Below, piece after piece: positions 1 through 10,939 of a stretch of DNA of 64,000 bases (position 1 is the stretch's first letter; every line of letters begins with the position of its first letter). Source of the stretch: Craspedostauros australis (lineage: Eukaryota); the NCBI GenBank assembly GCA_030167865.1, contig JALAGF010000911.1, forward strand, positions 1-64,000, read 5' to 3'. Made by a program: the position numbers and the translations under genes. The notes beneath the pieces were generated by a model, which saw nothing but the letters and a program-made list of their open reading frames with translations, had not been told where the DNA came from and made no database searches.

Positions 1-637
1 AGGGCGACGACGATGGAGGTGGTGGTGGAAGAAGACTGGAGGAGGACGGTGGCGAGGATGCCAACCATGAGTCCGGCGATTGGGTTGGTCTCATCTCCGA
101 AGAGCTGTCCGGCGGTGCAGCCTCCCATGACCTTGGCTCCGGATCCGAGAAGGTCGAGTCCGAAGAGGAAGAAGTAGAGGAAGAAGACGACGGTGGAGAA
201 TCCGAGGAAGATCATGACCCACTCCTCGGCGCTGTGAACGCAGCAGGTCTGGATGACCTCCTCCCAGGAGGCGTTTCCGATATCGGCTGGGTCCTCGACC
301 TCGAAGTCGACATCTCCGACGTGCATGGACCCGGTTGGGCGGTCCTTGCGGCTCTTGGCCTCATCCTTGACGAGCTCTGGGTCCTGATCAGCCTGCAGTC
401 ATGGTGGTGGTGGCGGTGGTGGTGGTGATGATGGGATGCATGAGTGGTGGAGAGAGGATGTTGTTGTGAGATTGATGGCAATGTTGGAAGGAGTTCGGAG
501 CGGCAGAATACTTTGCTTGTTCGTGATGTGCTGTTCTGTCATGACACCCTGTCAGGAATTCAGCCGAGTTCCAATGTTGCGCATGAGTACCCCAGCGCTC
601 GTGTTGGCATCAATCTGTCGCTGCTTGGACTCACCAT
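1..637 (-). CDS. SLC34: Sodium-dependent phosphate cotransporter (SLC34/NaPi-II family), 5' part; runs off the window start
   Basis: Absent from the ORF track. Manual minus-strand translation of 392..1 gives ADQDPELVK...CCVHSAEEWVMIFLGFSTVVFFLYFFLFGLDLLGSGAKVMGGCTAGQLFGDETNPIAGLMVGILATVLLQSSSTTTSIVVA, which includes the SLC34 QSSS signature. Coding exon 1 is ATG alone (637..635) followed by GTGAGT. Intron 634..393 ends in CTGCAG. Confidence 0.92.
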
Positions 638-1071
638 GTTGACAATTGATTTGCGTTGCGTTTGCTTGTTGTTGTGGTGGTTGCGTTTGCTAGTTTGCAA
701 GTTAAGTTTTGTGAGATGAAGGAGATGAGGAGGAGTCGATCAAGATGTCAAGACACCACAATCCGCCTTGTTGTCACCCTCGTTCGCGTGTGAAGGCGGA
801 GGCAGAGACAGGACAAGATCGGCAAAGCACGGAGGTGTTGGTAATGGATGATGCACTCATTCATCACGACGGGTACAAGCTGCCTCCACCCACAGAACAA
901 AAGAGGAGCTCCGTGACCACGACAACATCACAGATACTCTGAGAAAAACGCAAACAGAAATCCGACTGGTGGCGTGTTGGTGTCATCCCGAAAGTGCGGA
1001 AAGAAGGCCAAGCGGAAAAAAATGACTGGCGGGCGTGTTCACAAAAAGTCGTGAACTTTTTGTCCCTGTCA

Positions 1072-1233
1072 AAGATTCGGTTTGGATTCCTCTCCACGTG
1101 GTAGCAAACCAAGCGAAAGGTACAGCGAAGTACAACCTCGAGGAAGACAGCGACACGTGTTCTGGCAATTGGATGTCAATTCTGGGGCATTTCTCTCCCG
1201 TTGTTTTTCGGAGTTTCTCAAACAATGAATCTT
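1072..1233. promoter_or_regulatory. Two candidate phosphate-starvation (PSR/Myb) elements upstream of SLC34
   Basis: CGAATCTT on the minus strand at 1072-1079 and TGAATCTT on the plus strand at 1226-1233, about 435 and 590 nt upstream of the ATG. Both match the YGAATCTH consensus I recall for diatom PSR. Confidence 0.45.
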
Positions 1234-1823
1234 CGTTCCTCTGTTTTTGGAAGCGCGGACAGACGAATTCGATACCATGAACTTTGAATCGTGTCAAATA
1301 GAAACATGATACTGCGATATGTGGCACTTGCGGCAAATCCCTTTTATACTATATTATCTGCATTGCTAGATTCCTCGGCTCCACGATGTTTCTGGGAGTA
1401 GTTGCGAACAGCATCAGTATCGCCACTGCCATTGCTCTGTGGGTGGTGCGATGGAGTCCTAATGCTCACGGTATGTAATATGAGTGGTACGTGTAGGAGT
1501 GCAGGAGCATACTCCGGAGTATGCACCAGGGTACGAGGAGATGGGCGGATTCCACGCCTTGCAACAAAGGCATCAAGTTCCCTCTCTCTCTCTCTCTCTC
1601 TCGCTTTGTGTCAAAGAGACGTGGCAATCGAGACTCACGGCTTCATCGTGTTGTGAATGAGTATGAACTAGAGCATGGTATTATGTCTCAGATTTAGGGT
1701 GCGTTGCCTACTATGTCACGGCATAGTATGATATTAATCGCTGTTATTTGTATACCATACCTAACCACGCACACACAAGAGTGCGTATGATGATGCAACA
1801 TGCGAGGTTACGAATTATTTCTT

Positions 1824-3742
1824 TCAGATTGCAGCCTTTCGGTCGGTTGCGTTGTTAGGACGCAGAACGCCGAACTCCTTCTTCCATGGCAAGCAGACGA
1901 TCTCCCCATCACAGTTGTGTTGCGACAGGAATTTATGGGCATTCGGCACCTCCGCCAAAGTGATGTGACGGACGATGTTAGGTTTCACGAAGTTCTTTCG
2001 CAGTAGGCGTAGGAGGATGTCGAGGTCGAGCTGGCAAGATCGATGGCGAGAGGGAAGAATATGTTCGGAAAGAATGCGAAGGTAAGTGGAATGGAATGCA
2101 TCATTTCGGTGAGCGATGATACGTGCTGGCAGATGCCCGAGTGCAAAAATGGTAGAGCACGCTGGTGCACGTGCAAGTTCCACGCACTCGTCCTCCCGTA
2201 ACGTCATACAAAACCAATTAATTCCCAATTTCCGATTGATCATTCCAACGATCAAGCGGCAACCGTTCAAACAGCCATTGGTCGCCAGCGCCAAATGCGC
2301 TGCGCACTGAGATGCTCACTCACCTTGAAAGCCTCCGGATCCTGCTTGAAGCTCTCCCACACATTGTACGACTTGGTCTTGGACATGAGGTTGCGGCTCT
2401 TGAAGTTCGTCCAGTGGGCCGACAGCGAGGCACCGAACATGCCTTGCTGATCGTTGCGAAGGTAAGACGACATTCCCAAACAGATAAGCACCCCATCGCG
2501 TTTCAGTGATGACGCCGGGGAACTGTGCCCATCTTCGCACGTGGCGTCAAATGCAACATCGATTTGATCCTTCAGATCCTCTCTCCACTCTTCTGGATTG
2601 TTCGACAACACCTCGACGTTGAAGGTGGCGCTCACTTGCTTGTGCTTGAAGTTGGGACTTGTGACGTAGATTCTCTCAGCGTTAGCCCTCTTGCAAAGCT
2701 GAATCAACGCCTGCCCGATTGGTTCGTCGGCGCCCGTGATCAGCACCGTTTTGTCCTCAAGCGAGAACTCATCCTTCGTCACCATCCGGATGGATTGGTA
2801 CGCGGTCATGAAGGTGGATACCATGCATACCGCTTCGGCAGGGTCGCATCCCTTCGGTACCTTCACCAGACTGGAATGGGGCACGACGATGTACCGCGCA
2901 TTGCCTCCAGTACGCACCAAGGCCGCAACTTTCTCACCAACCTCAAAATCAATCACCTTGTCACCCACCTGGACTACAGTCCCCACCACATCCTGACCAG
3001 GGATGTTCGGCAGAGAGACTGGATTGAAGATCTCGAAATCGATGCCGCGGCGGATGTTGCAATCGTACGAGGACACCGTCGATGCCTGAATTTGGTCGGA
3101 TGTACAAAGAAGTGGAGTATTGCGAATATACAGCGTTCACGCGGAATCCAACGCAACGCAATGCAACACAGAACTGGTGAGTGTCATCGTTGCACACAAT
3201 CACTGCAAACGATGCAATCCATGCGGCGCAGGGATAGTCTCTCACAGCTCACACGGAACACTCCGACTTACCAACACGCGAACGAGGACCTCATCGTCTT
3301 TCTTGAGCTCGGGGACATCGCTGCGGACGAGTTCCATGTTGTCGTCCACATCATCCCCAAAGTATGAGTACATGATGGCCTTCTGCTTCTTCCCTTCCGG
3401 TCCCGTGAATTGCTTCTTGGTTTCGGCGTCCTCCGTATCTTCGGGCATGGCCTCGCGGTCTTCATCCTCCGATGAGCCAGCACGGTTCCGGTCATCGTCG
3501 AGCGTCCGGCTGTCTCTCTCGTTGTTCTCTGTTCTTATCTCGACTTTGTTGCGCGTCTTGCTCTTGCCTCGGCGCCCACCCCTCAGACGGAAGAAGGATC
3601 TTCGTCCCTTGTGGCTGGAGCTGGCTGCCGTGGCTGTGCTCGTGTTTGCGCTGTGGGTCATGTCGCTGACATCCCCAGCCGATGTGCGAGAAGACTCCGC
3701 CTCTTCTTGCTGTCTGCGCAACGATCCCTTGCGACGGAACAT
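1824..3742 (-). CDS. Medium-chain dehydrogenase/reductase (quinone oxidoreductase/VAT-1-like), 3 exons
   Basis: Exons 3742..3272, 3085..2324 and 2030..1824, GT-AG and phase 0. Joined sequence DEVLVRVL|ASTVSSYDCNIRRG...PNIPGQDVVGTVVQVG...FEVGEKVAAL is a GroES-like MDR domain, followed by the Rossmann segment VLITGADEPIG. Confidence 0.88.
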
Positions 3743-4919
3743 GGTTCTGCTATGACTGTGACTGTTGCTGTTGCTTCGTTATGTTGCGATAGTGTTGTCG
3801 TATTGCTGTGTGATGCTGTGTGATACACCCGCCGTGAGACCAATTCTGATGATTGTGCTTTTGCGATCTGTCTGCAATTTATGCAATCGCATCTCCGACA
3901 GCGACCGAGAATGATGAGATCTGGCGATCTCCACCTCTGTCTCTCCCTCAGTTGCCATGTTGGCTGGATGCAGATTTCGATCGCCATCGTGTGGGATGTA
4001 CTCGCATGGCATGTACCCGTACTGTGGTCTGCAACGCAGTCCAGAATCGAAACACCAACAGCAACAACAACAGGAACAAGAAGAACAAGAACAACCGTGA
4101 AAAACATGGGCAAAACAGCACGAGACGATGCGTGGATGGAGGAATTGCCCATAACCGTATCCAACGGCTCCATTGAGACAGCAACACATGTATCGAATGA
4201 CATCGATCACTAAATAAACGTGTCTCGCACATTCAACAATTGTTAATTCAACGTGTCCGTGCGCGCACGGCGAGGTGCTCGATGGGGTTCACACACGATA
4301 ACCCAATTTATTCACGGAAGTCTTTTTTGTCAGATTTTGTGGACGCAACCCCGTTTCCCACAAATTTGGCTTGGGAGTCGGCGAAGAAAGGCGCACTTGT
4401 GTTTCTGCTTTGTGGAGATGATTCGAGGTGAGAGCAAAAAGTATTCGCATGGCGTGCACACATCCATGTATGCATGCATGTATGCATGCATGTGTGCAGG
4501 TACATGGAGCACAAAGACATTGACATGATGACGTTCCTACCTAACGCTCACGATCGACAGCATCAAGTATTTGTCAGTTGCCATCAACGGCATGCATTTG
4601 CAAGTTCGTTACTCTCGTCTTCGCTGCTCATGTGCGTTTCGTCGTTCATAGGCAAACGCGTCATCAGCAACTAACTGGAGGACGACCATCGCAAACAAAA
4701 GACGGTGGACAATGGAATGGGAGATAGTGATTCTAGGCAGTTTAACGTCTCTTGTCTCCACCATACGAGCTGCAAGTACTCGTACAGAGATTGGAACGAG
4801 ATGCGATGGTGCACTCGTTGGAATCTGAACGGTGCAGGGTAAGGGCAACTTGATGACATGGAATGGTCGTGATATTGATGATGATATTGATGATGACGAT
4901 GGACACGTGGATTGCTTGA

Positions 4920-7900
4920 CTACAAGACGCCAGCCGATCGCTTGCCTCGTCGTTTGGGATCGCTGAGGACGGTGAGACGTCTGGTCTTGTTCGATGTTGC
5001 GACCATCAGCGAGGTGATGTCTGTTGCGGACATGGCGCGAGTGTCGACAGAGTCGATGCCGATGATGACATCGCCGGGGAACAGCGTGCCTCGGAGCCTC
5101 GAAGTGGGATGCACCATGTGCACGATGGGTCCCTCGATGGTCGTGTCGATCACAATGCCCAGCTTGCCTTCCGGCGCCGGCACCAGCCGCTTGATCCAGC
5201 TTGCAGTCGACTTGGGTTGCTGATGTGGTGGGCGCGGCGGCTTCATGCGAGAGCCGTCGCTCTGTCTGCCCGAGTTGTTCGCACCGGGATACGGTTCGCC
5301 AGCGGCGTTGCGCGGAGTCGTCAGCTGATCCAGACCGGCCATGTCACTTGCAAGCGACAGGCTTTCGCCACTGTCGGCGGGGCTCAGGATCTGCGATTCT
5401 GGACCGCCAATGTCGGTGGGGACAGGCGGAATGCTGTTGTCGTCAGAAGAATAATGGGAGCTGGTCTTCGTTCCCTTCTTCGAGGATGAAGATCCCTTCG
5501 AAGCGCCATACACCTCCATCCTGTCCGACCCTGTCATCGTCACTTCGAAACCGGTCGATCTCTCCGGCCTGGCCGAGTAGCTCATGATGGTGCTCTTGTC
5601 GAAGTTATCGGCGTATTCGTAGGTGAACGTTGTGCCATCGTTGCTGGGTTGGCTCGTTCCCTGCGTGTTCGATTCGTCGTTGTCATTGGCATTCTCATTG
5701 TCGTTGTTGACGCCGCTGAGCAGCGATGGTGCAAGTCCGGGTTCCAAGCTGTAGGCATACGACATGTTGTCCATGTTTGTTACCACAGTCCCATCGCCGC
5801 CAACGGTGGCACCATGACCACCGCCGATGATTGTGCCGTTGGGTCCCCATGATGTGTTGGCGTAGCTGTTGCCACCGAACACCGAAGCGTTGCCGTCCAG
5901 CAGGGAGACATTTCCGTCGAAACTGTGCAAAGCCTGTGATTCGAGATCGCCAAGGGATCCTTCGGTGTTTGGTTGCTTCATGTCTTTGGGGAGGTAGAAC
6001 TTGCGTCGTGGTGGTGGGACTGCGTTGTTTGCATTGGCGGAAGCTGCAGTGTTGTTGTTGCCGCTGCTGCCCACTTTGTTGCCGCCGTCGTTGTTGGAAG
6101 AAGAAGGGCGGGGAGGTTTTGATTTCTGTTGTTGTGCCGTCGTGTTGCTGTTCTTGCGGTCTCGATAGGCAACAGATGGATTGGTGATGGTGCCCAAGTC
6201 CGAAAGGATACTGTCGTTTTCAGCTTGATGTTGTGCGCGACTGCCATCCTTGTTCCGTCGGTCGTTGCTGTCGCTGCGGCTGTCGCTCGCTCGATGATCG
6301 CGGCGGCCCTTGCAGTAGAGGTACACGACGAGGATGCCTAGGATGAGAGAGATGATGGCAAAGACCAGACCGAGGATAATGCCGGTATTCATCGAATCGT
6401 CGTTGTTGCCACCGTTGGATCCGGAGCCTTTGTTGACACCATCGTTGCTGCTGGCGTCAACTGGCGGACGGGTTGGCAGGCCGTTGTCTGGGATGCCGTC
6501 GGTTGTTGGCAGGACGATGACCTGTTGCATTGGCTCGAAGAAATCGACGGTAGACTCGCCTGATGCTGTGGCCGCGTACTGCTGGAGATACTCGACGTAG
6601 GTATCACCGGCGGAGAGGAAGAGATATTGCAACTCCTGACCGAGTTGTTTGCCCGCTGCATCTGCATCGCCAGTCGGTGATCGACCAGAGACCTGGAGGT
6701 CGACGTAAAGCAAGCCCAGATCCTGCGCGGCGGCGCCCTGCAGAAGGCGCGTTGTGCGCAGCATGCGCCGGCCTTGTCTCGCTTGCGTGACGAGCTGGAC
6801 GACGACGTTGGTGACCAACATCGGTGAGCCGCCCGAAGGAGGATCGGGCAGTCCGGGTCCTGCGCTTGAATCCAAGAAGTAGTTGCCGATGAACTCTTGC
6901 GTGGCATCGAGGAACACCCGCTCCGTTGGACCAGTGAGCAGAGAGGCCGTGGAACGGATTTCTAGATCCACCCTGCCCTCGATTGGGACGAGAGGAAGTG
7001 GGTCGGTGGGTTGCGCAGATGGCTGCAACGTTGGCACGGCAGTCGGCGATGTGGTTGGCGCCATGGTGTCCGCAACTGCCATTGCAGTGGGTTCCATGCT
7101 TGACATGGTCGGTGAGGCTGAGCTGTCAGTGGGTCCGCCGGTTGCCGTCGGTGCTTCTGTTTGACCCAACTCAGTTGGATTCGCAGTGGGCAGGTCGGTC
7201 TCCTCAGATGGTGCCTGGCTTGGGCTCTGAGTGATAATGGGGAGGATGGTTGGTGATATGGTTGGTGACGTGCTCGGGACTTCGGTGCCGTTCACGCCAC
7301 CATCGGTAGCATTCGTCGAAAGATCGTCGGCTGTGGTTGGTGGCGCGGTAGTGTTGATAGTACCCTCCTCAGTATCATTGCGATCTACAGAGTCGGGCGT
7401 GCTGTTCGTGGTATTGGTGCTGTTGCTATTGTCGACCTCCACAGTGGGGAGCAGAGTGTCCGTGCCGGTTCCATTCTGGGATGTTGGCGCAAGCGTTGGA
7501 GTTGGTGTCGGGAATTCTGAGAGGCCGGGAAATTCCAACGCCGTCTCGCTGGGAGCGGGTGTGGGTGCAGATGCTTCGTCAACATCCATGGCGGTGGGCT
7601 CTGTTGATGGGAAAGAAGTGGATACATTCGCGGTTGTGTTGGTGACAACGGCAGTAAAAGTGGGTGTGGGTGTTGGTGCGGTTGTTGATGTGGCATCCGG
7701 GATCGCTACAGTGAAGTTGGCTGATTCGAACCCACCAAGGGATGGTTTCCCAGACGGCGCTTGGGTTGTGACTTCTGTTGTGTTGTTCGCGCTGGTTGTG
7801 TTGGTTGGCATGGTGGTTGGTGCCATTGTTGCGACAGATGCAACTGGAACGACTGTTGCGTTTGGTACATCAAGTGAAGATGGCGCACTTGTGGGATGTG

Positions 7901-8216
7901 AGGTCGAGTTCATGGGCGGCATGGATGTCGGTGCCATGGTTGGAGCTGCTGTTGAGTTCGTGATTCTCGGCATCAAGCTCGGCATGGCGGTTGGACCAGC
8001 GGGGTATGGAGTGTTCATCTCGCTGGGTGCTTGCGTTGGGTTGAACATGGTCGCCTCAGTCGCGTTGGTTCCAGTCGGCGCCAGGGTCAGATTTGACGGC
8101 ATGCCAGATGGTGGGTTTGAGGGAATGAGGGTCGGGGAATCAAGCGGCAAGGCTGCCGCTGCCATGATTTGGCAGCATATCACGGCGAGAGCTGAGAATG
8201 TCGTTGCAGCTGACAT
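4920..8216 (-). CDS. Mucin-like type I membrane protein with C-terminal PDZ domain (1098 aa)
   Basis: Signal peptide, about 400 aa P/T/S-rich region, folded juxtamembrane domain containing RRMLR...RLLQ, TM helix IILGLVFAIISLILGILVVYLY, disordered tail, and PDZ-like APEGKLGIVIDTTIEGPIVHMVHPTSRLRGTLFPGDVIIGIDSVD. Confidence 0.85.
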   Translation of the reverse strand: MSAATTFSALAVICCQIMAAAALPLDSPTLIPSNPPSGMPSNLTLAPTGTNATEATMFNPTQAPSEMNTPYPAGPTAMPSLMPRITNSTAAPTMAPTSMPPMNSTSHPTSAPSSLDVPNATVVPVASVATMAPTTMPTNTTSANNTTEVTTQAPSGKPSLGGFESANFTVAIPDATSTTAPTPTPTFTAVVTNTTANVSTSFPSTEPTAMDVDEASAPTPAPSETALEFPGLSEFPTPTPTLAPTSQNGTGTDTLLPTVEVDNSNSTNTTNSTPDSVDRNDTEEGTINTTAPPTTADDLSTNATDGGVNGTEVPSTSPTISPTILPIITQSPSQAPSEETDLPTANPTELGQTEAPTATGGPTDSSASPTMSSMEPTAMAVADTMAPTTSPTAVPTLQPSAQPTDPLPLVPIEGRVDLEIRSTASLLTGPTERVFLDATQEFIGNYFLDSSAGPGLPDPPSGGSPMLVTNVVVQLVTQARQGRRMLRTTRLLQGAAAQDLGLLYVDLQVSGRSPTGDADAAGKQLGQELQYLFLSAGDTYVEYLQQYAATASGESTVDFFEPMQQVIVLPTTDGIPDNGLPTRPPVDASSNDGVNKGSGSNGGNNDDSMNTGIILGLVFAIISLILGILVVYLYCKGRRDHRASDSRSDSNDRRNKDGSRAQHQAENDSILSDLGTITNPSVAYRDRKNSNTTAQQQKSKPPRPSSSNNDGGNKVGSSGNNNTAASANANNAVPPPRRKFYLPKDMKQPNTEGSLGDLESQALHSFDGNVSLLDGNASVFGGNSYANTSWGPNGTIIGGGHGATVGGDGTVVTNMDNMSYAYSLEPGLAPSLLSGVNNDNENANDNDESNTQGTSQPSNDGTTFTYEYADNFDKSTIMSYSARPERSTGFEVTMTGSDRMEVYGASKGSSSSKKGTKTSSHYSSDDNSIPPVPTDIGGPESQILSPADSGESLSLASDMAGLDQLTTPRNAAGEPYPGANNSGRQSDGSRMKPPRPPHQQPKSTASWIKRLVPAPEGKLGIVIDTTIEGPIVHMVHPTSRLRGTLFPGDVIIGIDSVDTRAMSATDITSLMVATSNKTRRLTVLSDPKRRGKRSAGVL

Positions 8217-9055
8217 CTTGATGGTTATCGCCGCTGAAGTTGTTTTTGCTCCTGAGCAGAGCTCTTGATTGCTGATTGATTTTGCACTGCTGGTGCTGAT
8301 GTTGCTGTTGCTGTTGCTGTTGATGTTGCTGTGAACTCCGACGAGGCCGCAAAGACTGCTTCTGATTTCTTGTGAATGAAGAGAGGTGTAACCAAGGTCT
8401 CCTCGGACAAGTATTGACGGGCGCGCTTCGATAGATCACACGAAAGGATTGAGTGTGATCCCGAAGGGTGGTGCGCGATGCAAAGGAAGCGCAATCTGTC
8501 AAGAATCTGGTTGCAACGGCAAATGAAGGCAGTTCGGCCCTGATGGATGTTGTCGTTGCTTTTTGTGAGCGAGATTGTGTGACAGTTTTTCATACCGTTT
8601 GTCGTTTGAAGAACGATAATTATAACCCCCGCATAACGTATGGGCACATTTATCTTCACGGAATTTAGCCCGCTGAAACACATACTGAGTATGACCCCTT
8701 GGATTCAAAGGTTTCACGATCGCGCGTCCAATGGAGTACTTCGATTCGATCCAGCTCTTCGCAGAGGGAAAAAGAAGATTTCGCGTCTTCCAAGGATCCG
8801 ATCCATCTCATCCACCACATCAAGATCAACCAAGGTTCCAGCACGACGTCGTGGGGCGAGATTGCGATACTCGGGCAGCACACAAGAAGCAATCAAGGCA
8901 GCAATCAAAGTGGCAATCAAAGTGGCGATGTAAGAGAGTGGGCGATGTGGATAGCCAAGTATAATACCATACATACGAGCAGAACCTTGAGTCAGAATAG
9001 CAACATCCAACTCTCGTACAAATCCTACTGGTACAACCAGATCACGAAGACTACG

Positions 9056-10576
9056 ATGAGGCTGCCGGCGTTGGTTTGGATGCTTGCGTCGCTGTGCGTC
9101 GCACCACGCGTCGAGGCATCCCTCATACGCGCAGACATTGTGGAGGTGGACACGTATCAGGACATGCCCGTCACGGTGTTCTCTCCCACAGGCCGATTGC
9201 ATTCCGTGGAACGGGTCCATGCTGCTGTGGAAGACCCATCGGGTGCAGCTTCGTCCAATCTGGTTGTCGCGATTCAAACCTCGCAGGGGATCGTGGTCAT
9301 GTCTACCTTGCCAGGATCAGCGTACGTGCCGTCGACGCAGCTTCTGGAGGTTGCTGCGCAGAGGGCTCTGAAAGAGAAGGAATTGGCGGCAACAGAGAAA
9401 AATGAGGTGAAGGACGACGTTAAGGACGATGTGAAGGACGAGATGAAAGACGATGGGAACAGCAGCACAGCCATCAACAACAGCGGGGATTTCAATGATG
9501 ATGATGGCGATACTGCGACGACCAATGCGACATCGACGCGCAATGGCACGGACGATCTGAGACGAAAGTTGCTAGCCACAAAATCGAAGAGCTTATTCAG
9601 AACGCAGCAGTCACGCTCCGCGCTGACGGCACCATTCACGGTGCTGTCTCCGCACCCGCTCCTGGTGGCAACTGCAGGTCTGGACGCGCACGGACGAGTC
9701 CTGAGAAGCTACGTTGGTTCTCTTGCGGAAGCATCCTCGCTGTCGCTGTTTGAGCCGGACACGTTGTCACGTGGAACCGCAAAGGATGGACGCACGCACA
9801 CACCGTCTCATGCCTCATCGATGTTGGCAAGGATGGTTGCCGATGATCTGCAGATAAGTACCCAGACCATCGACAGCAAAGACAGTTTGGGGAAACTCCT
9901 GTCGAGCTGTGCCTTGATCATACAAGGGCCGGGAACGCATTCTGACGGCGAAATCACCAATGGGTGCAGTGGCGACGATGCTGATGCTGACGCTGACACG
10001 CTCTCGGGTCAGATATGGCAGGTAGACCCCAACGGCCAATTTTGGAGATGCCAAGCAACAGCGGTTGGGTGCAATGCCAACAAGGCGCGTGCAGAACTTC
10101 TCACTGCCATTCAGGAACGCATGAATGCCACCTCTGCGAACAACGAAACAATGTCCACATTGCAAACAGAATCGGCATCAGAAGATTCCAACGCAACTTC
10201 GGCATCCGCAACCAAGAACAACATCACGATGACCGAATCCCTCAATGAACTGACGCTTGCGGAAGCCATCCAGATCGCCAAGCGTTGCATACGTGCATCC
10301 TTCAAGAAGCCAATCGCATCTCGGCTGGCATCACTTGCAACGACCAGCAACAGCAAGTCGCAAACGTCCGATGCTAATCAAGATTCTAAGACGGATCCAT
10401 CAGCAACAGCAACATCGCAGGTATCAACTCCTCCTCCCGCATCAGTCGATTGGGAAGCCGTCGTCTTTCCAGCTTCCAAGGATTCGGCAAAGAGCATCGG
10501 ATGGGTGCCGCCACGTCGAAGAAAGGGATCTCAGAGCGCACCAATCATTTTGAAAAGGGGCTCCATCGTGTTGTAA
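9056..10576 (+). CDS. Divergent 20S proteasome alpha-subunit-like protein with N-terminal signal peptide
   Basis: ATG at 9056 gives MRLPALVWMLASLCVAPRVEA, signal-peptide-like. It is followed by the alpha-type signature VTVFSPTGRLHSVE, then VATAGLDAHGRVL, ARMVADDLQISTQ and IWQVDPNGQFWRCQATAVG, with low-complexity insertions. Confidence 0.78.
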   Translation: MRLPALVWMLASLCVAPRVEASLIRADIVEVDTYQDMPVTVFSPTGRLHSVERVHAAVEDPSGAASSNLVVAIQTSQGIVVMSTLPGSAYVPSTQLLEVAAQRALKEKELAATEKNEVKDDVKDDVKDEMKDDGNSSTAINNSGDFNDDDGDTATTNATSTRNGTDDLRRKLLATKSKSLFRTQQSRSALTAPFTVLSPHPLLVATAGLDAHGRVLRSYVGSLAEASSLSLFEPDTLSRGTAKDGRTHTPSHASSMLARMVADDLQISTQTIDSKDSLGKLLSSCALIIQGPGTHSDGEITNGCSGDDADADADTLSGQIWQVDPNGQFWRCQATAVGCNANKARAELLTAIQERMNATSANNETMSTLQTESASEDSNATSASATKNNITMTESLNELTLAEAIQIAKRCIRASFKKPIASRLASLATTSNSKSQTSDANQDSKTDPSATATSQVSTPPPASVDWEAVVFPASKDSAKSIGWVPPRRRKGSQSAPIILKRGSIVL

Positions 10577-10939
10577 ACTGATGCGTGAGGGAGCAGTGGC
10601 TTCGAAGCTGAAGAAGAAGCACAAAGAACGGCAAGGCATTGGAATGAAATGAGACACTTTGAAAAAAGAGATCGAGGTGTTCGCGGCCGCCTCCGTCGCC
10701 ACAAAAGTTCTAACAGAGTGCTGTTGCTGCCGTTACTCTGTTGGGATCATGCTCTTATCTTGTTGACATGCATCATTTATTTATTGCTGTTACCATTGCT
10801 ATTGCTTTGTGTTGCGTTGTGAATCATGTTGGCACGAATAATGCTCAATTATGTGTGTGTGCGTGTGTGTGTGTGGCGCATCAGTTGGATGGATGAGTTT
10901 ATGTTGCCATCATGTTTTATGATGACTATCAAAAATTGT

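Noticed and set aside
7231-8268. 345-aa plus-strand V/G-rich ORF
   Set aside because: Antisense shadow of the P/T-rich mucin repeats.
8699-9055. Upstream in-frame extension of the proteasome-like ORF, including a 12-nt repeat (gcaatcaaagtg)
   Set aside because: The track start is TTG, and the signal peptide begins at ATG 9056. Most likely promoter or 5' UTR.
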